A DNA stretch of 64,000 nt. Origin: Rebecca billardiae RCC1528. Its lineage: Eukaryota; Protista; Haptophyta. The DNA lies in NCBI GenBank assembly GCA_965240325.2, contig OZ251226.1, positions 2,790,001 through 2,854,000 of the forward strand. The letters are read 5' to 3'. Shown in pieces: positions 56,001-64,000 of this stretch. Position 1 is the stretch's first letter; each line of letters starts with the position of its first letter. Made by a program: the position numbers and the translations under genes. The notes under the pieces were generated by a model that saw only the letters and a list, made by a program, of their open reading frames with translations, made no database searches and was not told the DNA's origin.

Positions 56001-59000
56001 GCGAGGCCGTCGAGTTCGCCCTCGAGCAGCTGCGCGAGTCGTTCACCCACCTCGAGCGCGCCGCGGCCGAGGGCGGGCGCGCGCCCGAGGCGTCGTACGC
56101 GGCCAAGCAGCTCGCGCGCGTCGAGGCGGCGGCGGAGAAGTGGTCCGCGGCGAAGAAGGCGGCGCCCGCGGTGAAGAAGGTGATCAAGGGCCACGCCGAG
56201 ACCGAGGCGGCCAACGTCTCCGAGAAGGCGCGCGCCATCCGGCTGAAGCTCGTCGACTGGCGCTCCGTCTTCCGCGTCGACGGCGTGTGCGAGATGGGCA
56301 CCGGCATCAAGGAGGCGTACGCCAAGTGCGACGACGCGCACCTGATCCTGGCGGAGTACGACAAGGAGATCGCCGGCGTGTACGAGCTCGCCGAGGTGTG
56401 CGAGGTCGTCGAGTCCGCCGAGTCCGCGCGCCTCGAGCTCGTCGACGCGCGCGCAGAGCTTGTGCTGATCAAGACGCTGTGGGACCTGGTCGCGGTCGCC
56501 ACCGCCTTCATCGCCGACTGGGAGGGGACGCTGTGGGCGGTGATCGACACGGGCGTGATGGAGGAGGAGATCAAGCAGCTCTCGAAGACGCTCAAGTCGC
56601 TCGACAAGCGGCTGCGCGAGCTCCCCGTCTTCAAGTCGCTCGAGGTGATCATCAAGAACTTCTCGCTCGCGCTGCCGTGCGTGGGCGACCTCAAGTCGCC
56701 CTCGATGCGCGAGCGCCACTGGATGCAGCTCGCCGAGATCACGGGGAAGGAGATCCCGCTGCCGTTCCCGGCGGACTTCGCGCTGAAGCAGCTGCTCGAG
56801 CTGCAGCTGCACAAGTTCGTCGACGACGTGGGCGAGGTCGTCGACCGCGCCGTCAAGGAGGACAAGATGGAGCAGCAGCTGAAGAAGCTCGCGACCGTGT
56901 GGCAGGCGATCGAGTTCACGTTCGACCGGCACCGCGACACCGAGGTGATGCTCATGTCGATGCAGGAGGAGGACTTCGACGCGCTCGAGGAGAACCAGCT
57001 GCTCGTGCAGGGGATGATGGCGTCCAAGTACCTCGCCACCTTCGAGGAGGAGGTGACCAAGTGGCAGCGCGAGCTCTCCAACGTGTCGGACGTGCTCACG
57101 ACGATGTCGGAGGTGCAGCGGCGCTGGCAGTACCTCGAGACGCTCTTCATCGGCTCGGAGGAGGTGCGGCAGGAGCTGCCGCAGGACGCGGAGCGGTTCG
57201 TCGGCATCGACAAGCTGTTCAAGGAGTGCCTCGTCGGCGTGTACGAGGTGAAGAACGCCGTCGCCGCGTCCAACCGCCCCGGGCTGCTCAAGAACCTCAA
57301 CAGCATGTCGGACGAGCTCGAGCTGTGCGAGAAGGCGCTCGCCGACTTCCTCGAGTCGAAGAAGCGCATCTTCCCGCGCTTCTACTTCGTGGCGACGGCG
57401 ATGCTGCTCGACATCCTCTCGAACGGGAACCGGCCGTCGGTGGTGGCGCAGCACATCAACGCGCTGCTGCAGGGCGTCAAGTCGCTCGAGCTCTCGGGCG
57501 ACCCGCCGAAGGTGGTCGAGTCGATGACGTCGAACGAGGGCGAGGTCGTGCCGTTTGCGCAGACGGGCTCGCTGCCGCTCAACGGCAAGGTGGAGATCTA
57601 CCTGAACGACCTGATCGACAAGATGCGCGCGGAGCTGAAGACGCAGCTCGGGATGGCGATCGGCGACTACCGCAAGCCCGGGCGCAAGCGCACCGAGTGG
57701 CTCTTCGACCACGTCGCGCAGGTGGTGCTCGTGACGACGCAGATCGAATGGACCGAGGGCACCGAGGCCGCGCTCGCCGCGCTCGCCAAGGGCGACGCCA
57801 AGGCGATGGGCGGCTACTCGGACGAGCAGATCCGGATGCTCTCCGAGCTGATCGTGCTCGTGCAGGGCAAGCTCGAGAAGCTGCAGCGGCGCAAGATCAT
57901 GAACATGATCACGCTCGAGACGCACTCGCGCGACATCAACCTGATGCTGATCAGCGACGGCGTGCAGACGGGCGACAACTTCAAGTGGGCGTCGCAGCTC
58001 AAGACCAAGTGGCTGCCGTACCCGTCGCCCGACGCGGAGGTGGACTGCCACATCTTCAACTGCGACGCGCACTTCGTGTACTCGTACGAGTACCTGGGCA
58101 ACGCCGGCCGGCTCGTGATCACGCCGCTCACCGACCGCATCTACACGACCGCGACGCAGGCGTGCCACCTCGTGCTCGGCTGCGCGCCCGCCGGCCCGGC
58201 CGGCACGGGCAAGACGGAGACGACCAAGGACCTGTCCGCGCAGCTGGGCAAGGCGGTGTACGTGGTGAACTGCGGGCCGGAGATGGACTACCGCACGATG
58301 GGCGACATCTTCAAGGGCCTCGCCTCCGCTGGCGCGTGGGGCTGCTTCGACGAGTTCAACCGGCTGCTCGCCGAGGTGCTCTCGGTCTGCTCGACGCAGT
58401 ACAAGGCGGTGCTCGACGCGATCCGAGCGTCGCAGAACACGTACCGCATGGACGGCATGGACTACTCGCTGCACCCGGACGGGTGCATGGCGTTCATCAC
58501 GATGAACCCGGGCTACCTCGGCCGCACCGAGCTGCCTGAGTCGCTCAAGGTGCTCTTCCGCCCGGTCACGGTGATGGTGCCCGACATGCAGATGATCATG
58601 GAGAACATGCTGATGGCCGAGGGCTACACGACCGCCAACACGCTCGCCAAGAAGTTCTTCACGCTGTACCGGCTGCTCAAGGACCTGCTCTCGCCGCAGA
58701 TGCACTACGACTGGGGCCTGCGCGCGGTCAAGTCGGTGCTCGTCGTCGCCGGCGGCTTCAAGCGCGGCGAGCCCGACCAGCCCGAGGGCGGCCTGCTGAT
58801 GCGCGCGCTGCGCGACTTCAACCTGCCCAAGATTGTCGAGGACGACATGGTCGTGTTCATGGGGCTGATCAAGGACCTGTGGCCCGACGTGTTCGACTCG
58901 ATGCCGCGGAAGCGGGACTACGAGTTCGAGGGGCTCGTCGTGAGCGTCGCCACCGAGACGCACCTGCAGCCCTCCGACTACTTCGTGCAGAACGTCGTCG

Positions 59001-62000
59001 ACCTGCAGGACCTGCTCGACATCCGCCACTGCGTCTTCGAGATCGGCTCGTCCGGCAACAACAAGACGCGCACGTGGCAGACGCTGGCGAAGGTGTGGAC
59101 GAAGGGCGGCGTGCGCGGCAAGACGACGTACCGCGACATCAACCCCAAGGCGATCACGCCGAACGAGCTGTACGGCTACGTCAACATGGCGACGCGCGAG
59201 TGGAAGGACGGGCTGCTCTCGTCGTCGATGCGCGAGATGGCCAACGCGCCCGACACCAACCCCAAGTGGATCATCCTCGACGGCGACCTCGACGCGAACT
59301 GGATCGAGAACATGAACTCGGTGATGGACGACAACCGGCTGCTCACGCTCGCGTCGAACGAGCGCATCCGCCTCCTGCCGCACATGCGCCTCATCTTCGA
59401 GATCCGCGACCTCGCGTTTGCGTCGCCCGCGACCGTCACGCGCGCGGGCATCCTCTTCATCTCCGAGATGGGCCAGTGGAAGAACTTCGTCAAGTCGTGG
59501 ATCGACGAGCGCCGGCGGAACGAGCCGGCGTCGATCGGCGAGCCCGCGCGCGCGGCGCGCGCCGCCAAGCTCGCCGAGCTCTTCGACAAGTACTGCGAGC
59601 CGACGATGATCGAGATCTTCAAGTCGTTCAAGACGGTCGTGCCGATCCTCGACTTCAACATGGCGCAGACGCTCTGCTACTTCCTCGAGGGGCTGCTGGT
59701 CGAGGAGAACGTGGGGCGCGACGAGTCCAAGTTCGAGATCTACTTCGTGTTCGCCGCCGTCTGGTCCTTCGGCTCGGCGATGTCCGTCACCTCGGGCACC
59801 GACTACCGCAAGCGCTTCTCGCAGTGGTGGAAGGAGACGTGGAAGACGGTCAAGTTCCCGCACCGCGGTGAGGTCTTCGACTACTTTGTCGACGCGCGCA
59901 AGGCGGAGTTCACGGCGTGGGCGGAGGTGGTGCCCGAGGTGACGTACTCGTCGACCACGCCCATGTCCGCCGTCACCGTGCCCACGGGCGAGACCGTCGC
60001 CGTCACCTTCTGGCTCGACAACCTGATGCCGCGCTCGCACCCGGCGATGCTGGTCGGCTCGGCCGGCTGCGGCAAGACGGCCATCATCAACGGCAAGCTG
60101 CGCGCGCTCGGCGACGCGTACATGTCGTCCACGGTGAACATCAACTACTACACGAACTCGTCGCTGTTCCTCAAGGTGCTCGAGGCGCCGCTCGAGAAGA
60201 AGGCGGGCAAGAACTACGGCCCGCCGGGCAACAAGAAGCTGATCTACTTCATCGACGACCTCAACATGGCGGCGCTCGACAAGTACAACACCGCGTCCAA
60301 CATCTCGCTCATGCGGCAGCACCTCGCGTACGGCCACGTGTACGACATGACGAAGCTCGTGCAGAAGGTGCTGCTGAACACGCAGTACCTCGCCGCGATG
60401 AACCCGACCGCCGGCTCCTTCGTCGTCAACCCGCGGCTGCAGCGGCTCTTCGCCACGTTTGCGATCGGCTTCCCGGGCGCGGAGGCGCTCACGACTATCT
60501 ACTCGACCTTCCTCAACGGCCACCTCGCGTCCGGCTTCGCCGCGGAGATCACGCAGGACGAGATGGGCAAGAAGATCGTGCAGGCGGCGCTCCAGCTGCA
60601 CCGCCGCGTCGCCGCCAACTTCCGCAAGACCGCCTCCAACTTCCACTACGAGTTCAACATCCGGCACATGGCGGGCGTGTTCCAGGGCATCCTGATGGGC
60701 CAGCGCAACGAGATCAGCGAGTCGCTCACGCTCGCGCAGCTGTGGCTGCACGAGAGCGAGCGCGTGTACGGCGACCGGCTGGTCTCGCCGCAGGACCTGA
60801 AGAAGTACAAGGAGCTCGCGGGCGAGGTGGCGAAGAAGGTCTTCAAGGAGATGTCGCCCACCTCGCTGATGGCCGAGCCGCTGCTCTTCACGCACTTTGC
60901 GCAGGGCATCGGCGAGAAGCAGTACGACCGGCTGCCCTCGTTTGCCGACCTCTCGACGCTGCTCACGCAGGCGCTCACCGAGTACAACGAGACGAACGCG
61001 GTGATGAACCTCGTGCTCTTCGAGGACGCGATGCGCCACGTCTGCCGCGTCTCGCGCATCATCGAGTCGCCCGGCGGGCACGCCCTGCTCGTCGGCGTCG
61101 GCGGCTCGGGCAAGCAGTCGCTCTCCAAGCTGGCGACCTACGTCTCTGGCTTCTCACTTGTGCAGGTGGTGATCTCGGCGACGTACGGCGTGAACGAGCT
61201 GAAGGCGGACCTGCAGACGATGTACCGCAAGGCGGGGCTGAAGGGCGAGGGCCTCGTCTTCCTCTTCACCGACCAGCAGATCGCCGACGAGCGCTTCCTC
61301 GTGTACATCAACGACCTGCTCTCGTCGGGCAACATCCCCGGCCTGTTCCCGCCCGAGGACATGGACGACATCGTCAACACGATGCGGCCGCACGTCAAGC
61401 GCGCGGGGCTGCCGGACAACCGCGAGTCGTCGTGGAACTACTTCATCTCGCAGGTGCGGGCCAACCTGCACGTCGTGCTCTGCTTCTCGCCCGTCGGCGA
61501 CCCGATCAAGGTGCGCACGCGCCGCTTCCCCGCGCTCGTCAACTGCGTCGTGATCGACTGGTTCCAGCCGTGGCCCGAGGAGGCGCTGCTCTCGGTCTCA
61601 AAGCGCTTCCTCGACGACCTCGAGCTCGGCACGGACGAGCAGAAGACGAACGTGATCCAGTTCATGCCGTACTCGTTCCTCGCCGTCAACCAGGCCTCCG
61701 CGCAGTTCATCGAGCGCGAGCGGCGGTACAACTGGACGACGCCAAAGTCGTTCCTCGAGCTGATCGCGCTGTACAAGTCGATGCTCGCCGCGCGGCGCAA
61801 GGAGACGATCGACGGGATCAACCGGCTGTCGAACGGCGTGACCAAGCTCGAGGCGACCGCGGAGGAGGTGGGCGAGCTCGAGGAGCAGCTCAAGCTCAAG
61901 CAGGTCGAGGTGGAGGAGAAGAAGCAGAAGGCGGACGAGATGATCCCCAAGCTGGAGGCGGAGAAGGCCAACGCCAACGACGAGATGAGCAAGGCGTCCG

Positions 62001-64000
62001 AGATCGCCTCGCAGGCGGCGGAGAAGGAGAAGGCGGTGGGCGACTTCAAGGTGAAGATCGAGCACGACCTCGCCAACGCCGAGCCCGCGCTGCTCAAGGC
62101 CGCCGCCGCGCTCGACTCGCTCAACAAGAAGGACCTCGGCGAGCTCAAGTCGCTCGCAAAGCCGCCGGCCGGCATCGACGACGTGACGGGCGCGTGCGTC
62201 TACCTGCTGCACGACGGCTCCAAGGGCAAGATCGACGCGTCGTGGAAGGCGTCGCAGCAGCTGATGAAGGATGTGAACAAGTTCCTCGACGAGCTGCTCA
62301 CCTTCAAGGAGAAGATCGACACGGGCAAGGTGCCCAAGCAGAACTTCAAGAACATCCGGCCGCTGCTCGAGAAGGAGTGGTTCAACGTGGACACGATGCG
62401 CACCAAGTCGAGCGCGGCCGCCGGGCTGTGCGACTGGGTGCTCAACATCACGGTGTACTGGGACATCAACGAGAACGTCGAGCCGATGCGCGAGGCGGCG
62501 GCGAACGCGGTGACGCAGCTCGAGCAGGCGATCGAGGCGAAGAACGCCGCGCTCGAGGCGGCGGAGAAGGCGAAGGCGACGGTGGCCGAGCTCACCGCCG
62601 CGTACGACGCGGCCGTCGCCGAGAAGGAGGCGACGATGGCGGAGGCGGCGGCGTGCGAGCGCAAGCTCGGGCTGGCGCAGCGGCTGATGGCGGCGCTCGG
62701 CTCCGAGGGCGAGCGCTGGAAGCAGGGCATCGCCGCGCTCCAGGGCCAGCTCGGCCTGATCGCGGGCAACGTGCTGCTCGCCGCGGCGTTTGTCTCCTAC
62801 TCCGGCTGCTTCAACCGCCACTTCCGCGAGATGCTGCTCAACGAGCGCTTCCTGCCCTTCCTGCAGGGCACGGTGCCCGCGGCGAAGAACATCGCGATCC
62901 CGATGTCGCCCTCCGCCGACCCGCTCAAGATCCTCACCACCGACGCGGAGATCGCGCAGTGGAGCAACGAGAACCTGCCGAGCGACCGCGTGTCGGTCGA
63001 GAACGGCGCGATCGTGACCAACTGCGCGCGCTGGCCGCTGATGATCGACCCGCAGCTGCAGGGGATCACGTGGATCAAGACGCGCGAGGAGCGGCGCGGG
63101 CTGCAGGTGGTGCGCCTCGGGCAGAAGCTGCTGATGCGCAAGCTCGAGAAGGCGCTCGAGGCGGGCATGCCCATCGCGATCGAGAACATGCAGATCAACG
63201 TCGACGCGGTGCTCGCGCCCGTGATCGGCCGTCAGGTCACGCGCCGCGGCCGCACCGTCTTCGTCAAGCTCGGCGACAAGGAGGTGGACTACCACGCGGA
63301 CTTCAAGCTGTACCTGCAGACGAAGCTGTCCAACCCGCACTACCCGCCCGAGATCCAGGCGGAGACCACGCTGATCAACTTCATGGTGACGGAGGACGGG
63401 CTGGAGGACCAGCTGCTCGCGCTCACCGTCTCCAAAGAGCGGCCCGACCTCGAGGAGTCCAAGTCCGAGCTGATCGCGCAGATGAACGCGTTCAAGATCA
63501 AGACGAAGGAGCTGGAGGACGGGATCCTCGAGCAGCTCGCGAACGCGGAGGGCGACGTGCTCGAGAACATCACGCTGATCGAGAACCTCGAGGACTCGAA
63601 GCGCGTCTCGCTCGAGATCGCGGAGAAGGTGAAGGTGGCGGAGGTGACGGAGGCGGAGATCAACTCGGCGCGCGAGCTGTACCGCACCGTCGCGACGCGC
63701 GGCTCGATGATGTTCTTCCTGCTCTCCGGGCTGAACAAGGTGCACTCGTTCCACCACTACTCGCTCAACGCGTTCGTCACCGTCTTCGAGCGCTCGATCA
63801 CCGGCCGGCGCGGCAAGCTCGTCTGGAACGAGGAGGCGCTCATGTCGGGGATCGCGCCCGACAAGCTCAAGCGCGCGCTCAAGGGCGAGGCGGCCGAGCA
63901 CAAGAAGGAGGAGCTGCGCACGCACCCCGAGGCGTTCGAGGAGCGGCTGGCGTACCTCGTGGAGAACATCACGTACCAGACCTTCTCGTACGCGCGGCGC
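53048..64000 (+). CDS. ODA11: Outer-arm dynein alpha-type heavy chain (kelch, IPT, filamin, DHC_N2, AAA ring, stalk), truncated by the window end
   Basis: ATG 53048 is in frame with ENITYQTFSYARR at 64000 (3651 codons). Kelch repeats (PRSGHS..IFGG), IPT and filamin domains, YEYLG..RLVITPLTDR, GPAGTGKT, HYDWGLRA, GSAGCGKT, GVGGSGKQS and RWPLMIDPQ motifs. Confidence 0.93.
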   Translation, partial: MAPIKPGEVVWQSPTCRGTPPGPRSGHSINVVHGKAVIFGGCGVEGKESSSVYNSTHVLHLGDSPYWETLEALGDIPEARWRHTGTVLPDEQSILVFGGLCRGRRFNDTCVLNVEKREWAYKECAGAPPYARSHHTATLVEPATEEGGIGGAGGQLLICGGFGGPSASFRDFLMDVHLLDLETWTWVRADDFKGRVPRPRSDHSACVTNGRLIIMGGRTWTSAESVGFLSDMQVLEIKTMRWLEPPPTDDPAASDEDAEAVPTWPGLGSTRWNHSSVLIDSVPSPYVFVFGGQTSTRTYTNELNVLHADPAGLKWISPAIAGTPPEAREDCGFAYDRSTSSVVLFGGWRHKWVGDVWALNVAGIVGPAYAVNSIWPVSGPVTGSAPVTITGLRFKPSQRINVKFTDGRHEAIVPGAYESETEIRAKTPVFEKMSAPVNVAISIDGEPYTVNRCAYHPFLNTRAAKSIAFGPGVSPSGTVGVEHTFLIQAKDAAGTNRSTGGDPVTVELGGPAELGGPVHAHIADSGDGRYTVRFTPPVAGEYSVNVLINETAFGDEADVEASRQKIRSSPFQMVASDVWQPLRAGGIAPRVRDTMRCASLGSKVVVFAFSAVDLAGAGGAGEEGDAEGEEGADVDEALAEAEAADASAAAAGAEGADGGADGAEAEAEVAAPSAAELAATEAKAAEKAEASEAALFDPPRVSDDELKGWLPAAPSDAWVLDVAPAAPGGAGGLRALPTWELVSETEEVDALVSATADAHAALAKAVRALALPVHLERALLLPQAAGSAPLRPYREGAEADAPPPRAHFLVHAAAGAAYIYGGVDASGAQLNDVWKLTKPPGAAARWRWERVYGGLAQPPPPSGLAAATQPKPFTVFVAGPHSADGNGGPPALRLAYFGSGALGDAYDVGSALDVSALERREPFDTRLLKLSEADLSKRDDAARRAYSALSKALAAPDAEAIANGTLDSKSLHRLLRALAEVRVGGEAVEFALEQLRESFTHLERAAAEGGRAPEASYAAKQLARVEAAAEKWSAAKKAAPAVKKVIKGHAETEAANVSEKARAIRLKLVDWRSVFRVDGVCEMGTGIKEAYAKCDDAHLILAEYDKEIAGVYELAEVCEVVESAESARLELVDARAELVLIKTLWDLVAVATAFIADWEGTLWAVIDTGVMEEEIKQLSKTLKSLDKRLRELPVFKSLEVIIKNFSLALPCVGDLKSPSMRERHWMQLAEITGKEIPLPFPADFALKQLLELQLHKFVDDVGEVVDRAVKEDKMEQQLKKLATVWQAIEFTFDRHRDTEVMLMSMQEEDFDALEENQLLVQGMMASKYLATFEEEVTKWQRELSNVSDVLTTMSEVQRRWQYLETLFIGSEEVRQELPQDAERFVGIDKLFKECLVGVYEVKNAVAASNRPGLLKNLNSMSDELELCEKALADFLESKKRIFPRFYFVATAMLLDILSNGNRPSVVAQHINALLQGVKSLELSGDPPKVVESMTSNEGEVVPFAQTGSLPLNGKVEIYLNDLIDKMRAELKTQLGMAIGDYRKPGRKRTEWLFDHVAQVVLVTTQIEWTEGTEAALAALAKGDAKAMGGYSDEQIRMLSELIVLVQGKLEKLQRRKIMNMITLETHSRDINLMLISDGVQTGDNFKWASQLKTKWLPYPSPDAEVDCHIFNCDAHFVYSYEYLGNAGRLVITPLTDRIYTTATQACHLVLGCAPAGPAGTGKTETTKDLSAQLGKAVYVVNCGPEMDYRTMGDIFKGLASAGAWGCFDEFNRLLAEVLSVCSTQYKAVLDAIRASQNTYRMDGMDYSLHPDGCMAFITMNPGYLGRTELPESLKVLFRPVTVMVPDMQMIMENMLMAEGYTTANTLAKKFFTLYRLLKDLLSPQMHYDWGLRAVKSVLVVAGGFKRGEPDQPEGGLLMRALRDFNLPKIVEDDMVVFMGLIKDLWPDVFDSMPRKRDYEFEGLVVSVATETHLQPSDYFVQNVVDLQDLLDIRHCVFEIGSSGNNKTRTWQTLAKVWTKGGVRGKTTYRDINPKAITPNELYGYVNMATREWKDGLLSSSMREMANAPDTNPKWIILDGDLDANWIENMNSVMDDNRLLTLASNERIRLLPHMRLIFEIRDLAFASPATVTRAGILFISEMGQWKNFVKSWIDERRRNEPASIGEPARAARAAKLAELFDKYCEPTMIEIFKSFKTVVPILDFNMAQTLCYFLEGLLVEENVGRDESKFEIYFVFAAVWSFGSAMSVTSGTDYRKRFSQWWKETWKTVKFPHRGEVFDYFVDARKAEFTAWAEVVPEVTYSSTTPMSAVTVPTGETVAVTFWLDNLMPRSHPAMLVGSAGCGKTAIINGKLRALGDAYMSSTVNINYYTNSSLFLKVLEAPLEKKAGKNYGPPGNKKLIYFIDDLNMAALDKYNTASNISLMRQHLAYGHVYDMTKLVQKVLLNTQYLAAMNPTAGSFVVNPRLQRLFATFAIGFPGAEALTTIYSTFLNGHLASGFAAEITQDEMGKKIVQAALQLHRRVAANFRKTASNFHYEFNIRHMAGVFQGILMGQRNEISESLTLAQLWLHESERVYGDRLVSPQDLKKYKELAGEVAKKVFKEMSPTSLMAEPLLFTHFAQGIGEKQYDRLPSFADLSTLLTQALTEYNETNAVMNLVLFEDAMRHVCRVSRIIESPGGHALLVGVGGSGKQSLSKLATYVSGFSLVQVVISATYGVNELKADLQTMYRKAGLKGEGLVFLFTDQQIADERFLVYINDLLSSGNIPGLFPPEDMDDIVNTMRPHVKRAGLPDNRESSWNYFISQVRANLHVVLCFSPVGDPIKVRTRRFPALVNCVVIDWFQPWPEEALLSVSKRFLDDLELGTDEQKTNVIQFMPYSFLAVNQASAQFIERERRYNWTTPKSFLELIALYKSMLAARRKETIDGINRLSNGVTKLEATAEEVGELEEQLKLKQVEVEEKKQKADEMIPKLEAEKANANDEMSKASEIASQAAEKEKAVGDFKVKIEHDLANAEPALLKAAAALDSLNKKDLGELKSLAKPPAGIDDVTGACVYLLHDGSKGKIDASWKASQQLMKDVNKFLDELLTFKEKIDTGKVPKQNFKNIRPLLEKEWFNVDTMRTKSSAAAGLCDWVLNITVYWDINENVEPMREAAANAVTQLEQAIEAKNAALEAAEKAKATVAELTAAYDAAVAEKEATMAEAAACERKLGLAQRLMAALGSEGERWKQGIAALQGQLGLIAGNVLLAAAFVSYSGCFNRHFREMLLNERFLPFLQGTVPAAKNIAIPMSPSADPLKILTTDAEIAQWSNENLPSDRVSVENGAIVTNCARWPLMIDPQLQGITWIKTREERRGLQVVRLGQKLLMRKLEKALEAGMPIAIENMQINVDAVLAPVIGRQVTRRGRTVFVKLGDKEVDYHADFKLYLQTKLSNPHYPPEIQAETTLINFMVTEDGLEDQLLALTVSKERPDLEESKSELIAQMNAFKIKTKELEDGILEQLANAEGDVLENITLIENLEDSKRVSLEIAEKVKVAEVTEAEINSARELYRTVATRGSMMFFLLSGLNKVHSFHHYSLNAFVTVFERSITGRRGKLVWNEEALMSGIAPDKLKRALKGEAAEHKKEELRTHPEAFEERLAYLVENITYQTFSYARR

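Noticed and set aside
55190-61081. 1963-aa minus-strand ORF, plus 52987-55503 and 61598-63925
   Set aside because: Antisense shadows of the dynein gene, produced by extreme GC3 bias.

Overview
Very GC-rich eukaryotic nuclear DNA with compact genes and short GC-rich GT-AG introns (donor often GTGCGC, branch site CTCAC/CTGAC). Several proteins carry signal-plus-transit-peptide leaders. Together these point to an alga with a complex plastid; a Pavlovales-type haptophyte is my inference. The first ~5 kb is decayed mobile DNA: a (TA)n-flanked segment with a 420-bp tandem array and a terminal hairpin, then a TIR element. About 21 genes follow, mostly in head-to-head pairs: PPEF phosphatase, sulfotransferase-like protein, AK6, integrase-repeat protein, DUF4709-like protein, PDZ protein, YeeE/YedE transporter, Tudor-like protein, dCMP-deaminase-like protein, RPA2, EF-hand protein, a giant Derlin fusion, ankyrin protein, MBL hydrolase, Sel1-MYND, PATROL1/unc-13-like protein, inositol dehydrogenase, PSTK, CDC27, and an intronless kelch-type (alpha) outer-arm dynein heavy chain that runs off the window and is absent from the ORF track. 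The strongest novelty candidate is a ~1356-aa Derlin with an extra TM helix, a luminal region in which all 12 Asn lie in N-glycosylation sequons, and a C-terminal catalytically altered transglutaminase-like domain. The second is a Sel1 array with a constant scaffold and shuffled variable helices. All family calls come from recalled motifs; no database searches were run.
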